Shown here in pieces: positions 11,823 through 22,340 of a stretch of 49,268 bases of DNA. The notes beneath the pieces are model-generated. The model had not been told where the DNA came from. It was given only the letters and a program-made list of their open reading frames with translations, and searched no databases. A program made the translations under genes and the position numbers. The DNA is taken from positions 1 through 49,268 of the forward strand of contig JAHBMJ010000385.1 of assembly GCA_018398765.1 (NCBI GenBank). Reading direction: 5' to 3'. Origin of the DNA: Chromera velia (lineage: Eukaryota). How positions within the stretch are numbered: the first letter of the stretch is position 1; every line of letters starts with the position of its first letter.

Positions 11823-14800
11823 AACAGAGTGGACTCCAAAGTAGGACTTAGTAGAATTCAAAGTGACTTTTAAATTTACTATATTCTAGCTTCATTGTAA
11901 AGTAAAACTAGGTTACTTAAAGCAATCTAAAGTTTTTTAGAGCATTTAAAATCGCTACTTCTGTACAAATCTGCTCAAATATGCTCAAAAGACTGGTTGA
12001 TTAGCTAAGGTGCATCGTGGGAAAAATTATGATCACCGCAGCATGTAGAAGTTAGTGAATGTTACCTGCAAAGAAATACACAGGCACAACACTAATGGAT
12101 ATGCTCAACAGCAACGTTTAGCGCCGCTAATCAAGTACAAAGAATTGCTTCTTCTGTAAGGGAAACAGTGCAGGAAGGAGGGCTTCACAGCTAGGCTGGA
12201 CAGACCGGACAGGAGACGGTCGGCAGGGGTCGGAGGGGATTCCGAAGAACAGAGCATAGAGATAACATAATTCTATTCACAAAGAACTCACACTACACGG
12301 CGTAAAAGCTTGCAAATCGTTCTGCGTATGTCAATGAGAAACTATGAAAAAGAAGGACAGGTCTGTAAGTAGATTCAGATGTTCAGAGGGAGACCAGTAA
12401 TGAGTGCCACAAATGAGAAAGAATGAGCGAGAAAGGAGCACTTGCGTCAGGACAGTATGGACCGCTTTGAAAGACTGACACACACGAAGCAAGTGGAAGA
12501 CATTCAAATGTATGAAAGCTGAGCGATTGGTCTAGGTAGAAAAATGTCTGGCAGGACTGAGAGCTGTGCAAAGCTTCAGAAGAGGCAGTCAAAAAATGGA
12601 GACTCTCCATCGACCCTCTCTTACTAACCTCTCTTATGTGTTTTCATCAAGCTCTTAGCAGGACAAAGAAGCTGGATGCTAAGCAAATCATCATACAAAG
12701 CGAGAGAGCAAGCCGCGCTTCCTTAACTGACCTGCAGGTGTTCCCAAATCTCCGTCCACCAACACTTGCAAACATGGAGGGACAGGCGTTCACGCTTTGT
12801 GCAGTCAAGGAAGCACTTCTGTCCAGCTTATTCTGCACGCACAAGGTTCCAAGGACAAAACCAAGAGTTTAAGAAGCAGCGGGTCCGGACAGACTGACCT
12901 GGGGGTTAACCCTGGGGCTCCCAAGACTGTGACCTGCAAGGAAAGAGTAAGGAGAGCGATGAAGGCAGCAGTACTTTAATACCTAGATAAGGCTGGCAGC
13001 CTTTCCCCGCTTAAAGAGGAGGAGAAGCAGCAAGCAGAAAGACGTTAAAAACAAGATTAAGACGGCTGGTGTCCACTGGACCCACCTCCAAGCTCCACTT
13101 CGTACCGACCCGAGGTGACCCAGCAACTGTTATTGTAGCCGTCTCCTCCAGAGCTCCGAAAGTGCACTCCCGAAAAAAATGGTCACAGAACACGTTTTTT
13201 GACTGTTTTGGGTTACGGACCTCGAGTTGGGTCGGACACCCCCCCCCCCCCNCCCCCCGAGGTTCAGAAGTCCGCACTTTTGAACCTTGGGCAAGGGGGG
13301 TCAAACCCCCCCGCCGCCAGGTCCAGACATGGGCTTATCATGGGTCCGGGAGGCGCCGCCACGGGGCCAGAGGGGGTGGCGGCACCCTGTCTCTTCGACG
13401 CACGCAGCCGACTTTGCCTCTGTCGGCCAATAATCAGGTCTGAAGTCTCTTGTCCGTCTTGAAGGTCCACAGGTTCAAAACTGCGGAGTTCTGAACCTCT
13501 GAGCAAACGGACTTTTCCCACAGAAATGTTGCCACAAAAAACGCTCTGTCAGATGTCTTCTGACGGTCTTAGAAGATGTTTGACAGAGCGTTTTCTCGGT
13601 TTTGACTTTTTTTTTGGGAGTGCACTTTCGGAGCTCTGGAGGAGACGGCTACAATAACAGTTGCTGGGTCACCTCGGGTCGGCACGAAGTGGAGCTTAGA
13701 GGTGGGTCCAGTGGACACCAGCCATCTTGATCTTGTTTTTAACGTCTTTCTGCTTGCTGCTTCTCCTCCTGTTCAAGCGGGGAAGGGCTGCCAGCCTTAT
13801 CTAGGTATTAAAGTACTGCTGCCTTTATCGCTCTCCTTACTCTTTCCTTGCAGGTCACAGTCTTGGGAGCCCCGGGGTCAACCCCCAGGTCAGTCTGTCC
13901 GGACCCGCTGCTTCTTAAACTCTTGGTTTTGTCCTTGGAACCTTGTGCGTGCAGAATAAGCTGGACAGAAGTGCTTCTTTGACTGCACAAAGCGTGAACG
14001 CCTGTCCCTCCGTGTTTGCAGGTGTTGGTGGACGGAGATTTGGGAACACCTGCAGGTCAGTTAAGGAAGCGCGGCTTGCTCTCTCGCTTTGTATGATGAT
14101 TTGCTTAGCATCTAGCTTCTTTGTCCTGCTAGGAGCTTGACGAAAACGCACAAGGGAGATCACTGGGACAGGGTCGATGGAGAGTCTCCATTTTTTGACT
14201 GCCTCTTCTGAAGCTTTGCACAGCTCTCAGTCGTGCCAGACATTTTTCCACCCAGACCAATCACTCAGCTTTCATGCATTTGAATGTCTTCCACTTGCTC
14301 CGTGTGTGTCAGTCTTTCAAAGCGGTCCATACTATCCCGACGCAAGTGGTACTTACTCGTTCATCCTTTCTCATTTGTGGCACTCCGTACTGGTCTCCCT
14401 CTGAACATCTGGATCTACCTACAGACCTGTCCTTCTTTTTTACAGTTTCTCATTGATACACGCAGAACGATTTGCAAGCTTTTACGCCGTATAGTGTGAG
14501 TTCTTTGTGAATAGAATTATGTTGTCTCTGTGCTCTGTTCTTCGGAATCCTCTCCAACTCCTGCTGACCGTCTCCTGTCCGGTCTGTCCAGCCTAGCTGT
14601 GAAGCCCTCCTTCCTGCACTGTTTCCTTTACAGAAGAAGCAATTCTTTGTAATTGATTGGCGGCGCTAAACGTTGCTGTTGAGCATATTCATTAGTGTTG
14701 TGCCTGTGTATTTCTTTGCAGGTAATATTCACTAACTTTCACGTGCCGCGGTGATCATAATTTTTCCCTAGCTAATCAACCAGTCTTTTGAGCACATTTG

Positions 14801-14953
14801 AGCAGATTCGCACAGAAGTAACGATTTTAAATGCTCTAAAAAACTTTAGATTGTTTTAAATAACCTAGTTTTACTTTATAATGAAGCTAGAATATAGTAA
14901 ATTTAAAAGTCACTTTGGATTCCACTAAGTCCTACTTTGGAGTCCACTCTGTT
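11823..14953. mobile_element. Foldback-type element, 3131 bp: ~1.35-kb inverted arms (11823-~13179 and ~13607-14953) around a ~430-bp spacer
   Basis: Both ends read AACAGAGTGGACTCCAAAGTAGGACTTAGT inward, and the arms align along their whole length. GCTT flanks both sides (11819-11822, 14954-14957), a candidate 4-bp TSD. A second copy starts at 47598. Confidence 0.92.
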
Positions 14954-16704
14954 GCTTGCACAGGAGCCTCCGGTAGCAATTGCCTGTTTACATATGCGGA
15001 TTACCCTGCCTGTATATAGAGGTCCTTTAGACAAAAGGAGGACACTCCCATTAGGCCGCCAGTTGTGGTGGCTAGCAGGCAATGGTTGAGCATCAGGAAA
15101 AGAGAAAAAGGAAAATTGGGGAGCCGGGTGATTAAAGAAAGGTCTTTTCTTATGCTTCCCGATTCCCCCTCATCAGAGGGGGGTATCTTGTGCTGCATGC
15201 TCCATAGTCTTTCCTCGGGGGCTCGGGAGGGGGTGTGTGAAAGAAAACGACGGTCCCGTTCCTGGTCGGATTCGCGGAGGGTGAATTCTGGTCCCGGCCT
15301 TTCCATTCGTCCCTTCGCCCCGAGCCAGAGAAAGGAGCGACACGCACGTGGCGGCCCGTCCACATGGGGTGGCGGGGCACCTGTGACAGAGATGTGCATG
15401 TTGTGAGTTCCATGGTATGGCTTGCATGCACTTTGGCATAAGAAATACACCTGAGGCACTCAACGTGGTGGTGTGTGCTCCGGGCCTTCATATGGGATTC
15501 AATTAGGCCGATGGTGCAGTTATGCCATCGGAGGCTTCAGAATTAATTCCGGTCCCGAATTTTTTTCCAGGCAGTCAGACAGACGTGCACGGCGGTTACC
15601 GTCCGTCTGAATAAGAGACGTGACCTAGGGATTGACAGAACTTCATGTGTAGGATCTGTACTATGCTCTATGTCTCTCTGTGGTTCTCTTGTGCTCTGAG
15701 TATTGCACGAGGCTACCAGCAGGAGCGTACTGTGGACTGTGAGGGTTCATAGATTTTCTGTCTGGTGAAGAGACTGATCAGATATTTATTTCGGATTATC
15801 TGTATCGGTCTACACGAGTACGTTAGGGTGACGTATTTGCTGTGGTCCTCTAATAGGAGAGGGCCAGGAATTCGGGAGTATAGCAGTTTGACGAGTCCTC
15901 TGGAAAGGCTAGAGGATCGACACGGGAGGGCCCATAGAATTCTACTGGAGGAATCTCAAGAGAGGTGAAACTCTACTTTTCACTCATTCGGTTTCCATCA
16001 AAGGATGATAAGTCCATGCGAACTTATGGGAGGTCAATCGGTGGGGGTGGAGAAGCAGCATTCATGCTTGACACTTTCCCCGACGCTGTTTTATTCCTAT
16101 TGGATCCTACCTGACGGAGCAACAGCTTTTCTGAGGGTGCCCTAGTTATAACAAACCTCATGTCATATAATTCGGATAGCACTGCCGGGGAAGCGGACTC
16201 TGATTGAATCTCCTCCCCATCTTCTTCCGTGCTCTTCATTGTTTTTGTGGCTTCTCCTCGCCTTCCATCTCTATCGTTCCTGTCTTCTCCTCCTCCTGGT
16301 TACAACAGTTCGGTTGCTCCCCCTTCTTCTTCCTGTTTGGCTAGCTCTACTTGGGGTTCTTCGGGTTTAGGTTTTTCGTGTCCCTTTTTCCCCCCTTTAT
16401 CTTTCTCCAATCTTCCCTTCCCGAGCCCTTTCTGGAGAGAGATTTGTTATAAACCTGATTAGAAGCCTTTCGTTTTCTGCTTCCCTTTCTCCTGAACCTG
16501 CTCTCCTCCTTTTCTCATAGACCTAGTCTTTGAGGGCATGATGGGTCATCATGCGTAGTCGGATTTCCCCCCCTTTTTTTTTAGTGGTCCCTCAGGAAAG
16601 GTGGCAGCAGCAAAGGCTGCTGACCTGCTAGGGAATGGTGCGAACCTCAGAGGGCTCCTAGAATGTTCTCTTTGTCTTCTGGTGGTTGCAGACTTGGGTC
16701 CCAC

Positions 16705-17700
16705 ATAGGGGTGTAAGAATGGGGGGGGNNNNNNNNNNNNNNNNNNNNNNNNNNNNNNNNNNNNNNNNNNNNNNNNNNNNNNNNNNNNNNNNNNNNNNNN
16801 NNNNNNNNNNNNNNNNNNNNNNNNNNNNNNNNNNNNNNNNNNNNGGGGGGGGGGGTGCGTTCGAGCTCTTAGGACTCCAGATCTGACGGGGTCCCCCCCG
16901 TTCGAGCTCTAGGGAGATTAGACCCCTATAAACGGGGACCCCCCCGTTCGGAGAGCTCTAGGTGAGAAAAAGTGCTAGGTTATGAAGACAACCTAGATGA
17001 TGACCTTCATGAAGCTTAAACATGCCTAAACTATTCTCAACTCTAACTCAAAACATACTTAAATTTCTGAAATTCTAGCTAAAATCTTCTTATAACATTT
17101 TGTAACTTAAATAAAATTAACTTCAGCATCAATTAAGTTTAACTCCATTCTGAGGTGTCATTAATCAGCTTCTAATTTTTTCTAATTTGTCATCAAACAA
17201 AGAATGGCAGAGGCAGAAACACTTGTGATATAGATATTAGGTGATTGATATGCCCTTTTGAAGTACACATCTTCATAGCATCTTGAAAAGACTTCAGAGG
17301 GAAAGACAATGAAAAAATTAATGGGCGGCAACGGATCAACGATCTCAATGGGGTCCAGGCTTGAGCAGTAGAATCAGCAGCAGTGAGCGGTGTGAAGGCA
17401 TCACAGTCAGCAGCAGTGTAAAGCAAAGGAAAACAGAACAACCATATAAGAAAGCGACTGTTCACAGAAGGCGGGGCATGGCGGGGCAGGTGAATCATTC
17501 AATGACAGACTCGAAAAATTAATTTTGATCGCGCGCACGAACTCCGCGCGCCCCCCCCCCCGTTTGATCCGACGGGTCCCCCCCCCCGTTCGCGCTCTGC
17601 GGCCCCGCCCGAAGGACGGGGCCCCTCCGTCGGGCAGGCTCCTGCCTGCCCCGCCGACGGGGTCCCCCCCCCCCGTCCAAAAGAGATTTTACACCCCTAT
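16705..17700. mobile_element. Non-autonomous TIR element with 8-bp TSD (hAT-like), spanning an assembly gap
   Basis: TIR ATAGGGGTGTAA...TTACACCCCTAT. Perfect TSD GGTCCCAC (16697-16704, 17701-17708). Repeated subterminal ACGGGG(T/A)CCCCCC(C)GT motifs near both ends. It is inserted in one unit of a ~52-bp tandem duplication. Confidence 0.88.
16729..16844. other. Assembly gap (N run) between poly-G tracts
   Basis: Run of N in the sequence. Confidence 1.
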
Positions 17701-18617
17701 GGTCCCACCACTGGGCTAGGTTCGGTTTGTCTTCTGGTGGTTGCAGACTTGGGTCCCACCACTGGACTAGGTTTAGATATACGGTTGGAGAGCCCCCGTG
17801 GGCTGGGAAAGGGGCCATGGCAAGGGAGCTATAGCATCTGCAAAGGGTGCTGGGTTCCAGGCCTGAAAAGCTTGTACGTGAGCAGCCTTCCACTCGGTGT
17901 ATCTGGCGATGAGGATGGTGGCTTCTATGAGGGCTGTCCAGACCTCTTGTCTGATCGTCCCTGCCAGGGTTTCCGCTCATGTGCGATGAATGTCTGCTAA
18001 GTTTCTGAGGGTTTCTTGTACCCCCTCTCTAACAAAAGCTTGCAAAACACCCTGGGGAGCAAAGCCAAAGGCCGTTGAGAAGGGAAGGCTGCCTACGTAG
18101 AGTTAGGGGACCGGGCTCTGTGGCCAGTGGTCACTGAAAGTTGCTAGTGGATCCAGGCCCGAGCCTAAAGGAATGTCCAACGGGGAACGCAAAGCTCTGC
18201 TTCACCGAGGCGGCTTCTTGATGGGTGGCTAAGGAAAAATCGAGGTTGCTAGGTGGGGGCGGAGCCCGGGAAAAGTCGAGTGGGGTGGTCGTTTTGTTGG
18301 CAATTTGCAGTTTAAGGGTGGGTTTCACTTAGGGCTTCCTTATGGTCACCGCTCAAGCTGTGTCTCTGCGGTAGTCTCGTATACAGTGTATATATGTGAA
18401 GGGGGTAATCTGATCGGGTTTGTGCCCAGGCGGACTTAGGCTCACTATGGGCTTTGGTGCTATTGCTCCTTCTAGCAATAGATCTCAAACTGTTAAGTTC
18501 TCCTACACTCTTGCAGTGAGAAGTCATCTCCAGGCCTGCGAAAGGTGACAGAGGTGAAGTGGGTGGAGATCTTTCAGGGAGGTCCTTCTTTAGGTTCTTC
18601 CTACGGAAGGTGGGGAG

Positions 18618-18851
18618 AACCTCTCTGAACCTAAGTACCACTTAAAAAAATCTAATCAAGATGATCTCCATCTGTGGCATCGTTTTTCAAAAGACCGTCT
18701 ACGCCTGTGGCGTAGATGGTCAAGAGACCGTCCAGATATGCGGCTTTGGCTTTTAAGAGACCGTAAATGATCTACGCCTGCGGCGCGGACTTTCAAGCTT
18801 ATCTAAAAATGCGGTTTAAACTTTCAAGTGGTAGTTAGGTTCAGGGAGGTC
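18618..18851. mobile_element. MITE, 234 bp, ~30-bp TIRs, 8-bp TSD
   Basis: Left end AACCTCTCTGAACCTAAGTACCACTTAAAA vs right-end reverse complement GACCTCCCTGAACCTAACTACCACTTGAAA. TSD GTGGGGAG (18610-18617, 18852-18859). Internal AGACCGT and TCTACGCCTG(T/C)GGCG repeats. Confidence 0.85.
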
Positions 18852-21153
18852 GTGGGGAGAAGGGGGTCAAGGGGGTATCTATACGGATAGGGAGACAACC
18901 TTCTATATCAACGAGTTCTTTTGCTGAAAACAACTGTGGGAAACCTCTTTTTCTTGTCTTCTAATAGCTCACTGGGGGCTGTGTGTCGGGTGGTCAGCAA
19001 CGTATGGTCTGATGAGATAATTTTTTTTTTCGTCGTACTGCAGGGTATGCAATGAGTGGCTGTACAAAACAAATACCTGATCTTTCAGTGTCGGTCAGGT
19101 GGGAATCCTCTTCCTCTCGAACCCAGTATTCCGTGTGCTGAATGACTGGCCTGCAGTTGTGTGAGCCGTCACTTACAAGGAGAGTGCTGTGGGGAAAATA
19201 TATAATAATATTTGGGCCAGGCTGAATCGGTATATTTCTGCTCAGGTCTGATGGCATTGCATCGGAGGGGCGTGAATGGGAAGGAAGACAGCGGCTGGGC
19301 GGTCGATCGGTTTAGGCTCTGGGCGGAAAGTACAGCTCAGTGGGTAGTAATGGTGTGTTTGCTGGTGCGAAACGGGTGTGGGGCAGTAGAGGGAGATGTT
19401 CTCTTTTCCAGAGTCTTCTAAGTGAAAACTTTTCTACTCTTCACGCGCAATTCTAGTTTGTAGGTTTCATCCTAAGGGGAGTGGTAAGAGAGGTGGTCGG
19501 GTGTTTCATGCACGACGGTGCTGGGGGGAATCTTCAGGTAGGGGGCTACGGGGTCTCCTGTATGGCAATTGAGGGGCAGAATTGTTGTTTTCAGAGTCTT
19601 CAGGGTAAACAGATGGACCGTACTGGTCTTGACTGTGACTCTGGGCCTCTTTGGTAGCTGGGGCCGACTGTGAGGAGTCACTTACGGAGAGTGACTGCAA
19701 TGAGCGTTGTCCCCACGCGAACGTAGCTTCAAGGTCCTCTTGAGTCGGGTACGGTACCCTCTGATACAGAAAATATGGAGGTTAAGAGTCCAACGTTTTG
19801 GCAACAGGGTCATTGACCCAGCAACTGACAGCGGAAGGTTTTTTCACTCTCGACTGAGATTGCTTCTGTACGTCAAAGAAAAAGTGGGCCTTGTCTCTCT
19901 GTCAGAGAACTGAGCAGCGTTTCGCGATTTCTTTTGATTAGGAAGCAATTCTTGGCAGAGACAAAAAGAGATGCATCTGTCTAAAAATTGGGCAGCGCTT
20001 CATGGTGCTCTCTGGTCTAGAAAGAATTCTTGGCAGAGATAAGAAGAGACGTATCTGTCCTAAAAACAGACAGCGCTCCACGGTTTGCTCCATTGTCCTG
20101 TGGGTTTTCCTTCAAGATAAGATTCGGTCTTCTTCAGCTCGAAGGTCTCCTTGGTGGAGGCGAAGGCTGAGATGAAGGCGATGGAGGGTACTACAAGCTG
20201 GTGGAAAAGAGTGCTAACGTGGATGGAGATCGAAAAAGAGAGACTGCAGTTGCTTCAGTCTGGAAGAATTCTCCATAGAAACGTGAAAGACAGAAGGCTG
20301 CTTGCTGTTGAAACAGCAGGAGCTCTAAGTTAGCAAGTCACCACGTATAGCGGACTACTTGTCTGACTCCTCAGGCTAGAGGTTTGTTCCTTGGTGGAGT
20401 TCAGCAAGCGCAAAATCTGTTTAGGGTTCGAGTCACTGTGTCAAAATCTCAAAGTCTGGATGAAGGTTTCTCGTTCACTCTCTAGCTTTCTTTTGATTCA
20501 TTTTCTCATCACTTTTTGAACTGATAGAAAACACCGAAAGTCAACATTTGCTGTTTTGGAGAGCAATTTCTGGTTTGATCTTGACATACGTATTTACATA
20601 CATACATGTTAGTCTTTTGCGCATGCGTTTTTCGTTCTGTATCTGACCTACAAGTTGGTATTTAAGGACGTGTGTTTTAAGGTATTTAGTTTTCCCCATA
20701 TTGTTTCTATTTTGTATTTGTTTTGCAGGCCTGTATTTACATACGTCTGTAAGTCCAAATCTTGCTGCACGACACCAAAAAATCCTTTTTTTTTCTTGAC
20801 GTGGCCACTTTCAGAGATGCCGACTCCTTTAATGTTCATGTAATCTTAAGAATACATGTAAGTTCGGGAGAATATATGTACATACGTGACATGTCTCTAA
20901 ATACATGCAACTTCTTGTTTGTTTCTAATGAACCAAGTTTACTTTTACTTCCAAACATGTATGATAGTACAAAATATTAATCCTGGTATAAAAGTGTTCT
21001 TAACATTTCTTAACGTGATATGTAAGTGTGGCTTAGCATGTACGTTCGTATGTGGCTTGGTATGTAGGTTGGTATATATGTGTCAGTCTATCTACCTTAT
21101 ATGTTTCATTGCAATACTTACCTTAATTATTTCCTTTCTTTCTTTTTTCCCCT

Positions 21154-21185
<32 letters not shown>

Positions 21186-21727
21186 TCTTAAAGCCTCTCA
21201 TATGCAATTTCTTCTTTTCTTTTTTCTATTCTAGTTTCTTCTCATTTATTGTTATTGCAAATTAGTCAACACTAATTAATTATTTCAAATTTAATTATTT
21301 ATGCTTCCCTGATATTACAAATTATTGATGTAGGAGACCGTAACACAGGGGCGATTGGCATGGAGTGCGTAGGAGTGCGTCAGATTGAGATTTTAACCTG
21401 GTTCGGCCCAGAAAGCATTTTAGACCTGCCGTTCCGCAACATACAGTTGTTTTACCATTTGTAACCTGAATCGGAAGGGCGAATTCTATAGTAGATTGAC
21501 AAATCTTTGTGAGTCACTGATGCTGAGCGACAATGTCCTAGACCATATGTTTTACATAAAGCCACAACTATAGGGAACACTGGAACACCAATTACATTAT
21601 AATAACCAAATTCTCACCAATTAAATCACTATCATAGCTTACTATCACGAATACTATCTAACATAATTCTTGAATCTTCATGATTATAGACTTGATCTTG
21701 CTTCGATCACTGACACATATAATTGTT

Positions 21728-21728
<1 letters not shown>

Positions 21729-21761
<33 letters not shown>
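21729..21761. repeat. (TCAA)n microsatellite
   Basis: About 8 tandem TCAA units. Confidence 0.9.
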
Positions 21762-21763
<2 letters not shown>

Positions 21764-22340
21764 GTTTTTTTTCCTCTTTTCTTTTTCAGGGTCGTAAGTC
21801 TTTTAGACCCAACCAGACCGATCTTGATTTGATCGATCAATCATGAGCGGAACTCGGATTGCATAGTCTGCATGCACTGCAAAATTGAAATGAGGTTCAT
21901 TGCTTGAACACTTGATTGTGCTTGGCCTCAAGCAGAGCAGGGGAGAGCGCATGATTCGACCATGGATGACACTCGGTCTGCAATTAACTCGGATAAATTA
22001 GTAATACATCCGCTGGCCCGACTGCAACGAAGACAGATGCGTGGGGCTGCGAATAAAATGCTCCTTCCGACCAACGAAGCCGGTGCATGGTCGTCAGCCT
22101 GACATATACCTGGTGTGCATGCCCCTTCCTTCCTTGATGTAAACGCCCAAAAACAGGCAATCAAGCGTTGCTTGCAGGAAGACAGGCAGGAATTTGAATC
22201 TATCATAATTAGTTATTTCCCTCGCGATCTTTCTGCACTAATGCACGTACCTGCAACATTGAAGCATGTATATCTAGGACTAAATGTCCCTTTCTCCCTT
22301 TTTTCCCAAGTTCCTTCCTTCATTTTTTGAATTATCTCGG

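Noticed and set aside
12383..14499. Short ORFs in the foldback arms as a transposase or cargo gene
   Set aside because: They are 60-85 aa, have no recognisable motif, and recur only because the arms are DNA repeats. A decayed captured gene cannot be excluded.
17193..17300. CxxH-like motif (CLCHSL) as a transposase remnant in the 16705-17700 element
   Set aside because: Too short, and surrounded by stops.
21900..22210. Possible LINE RT fragment
   Set aside because: Only a vague resemblance, with no diagnostic RT motif.
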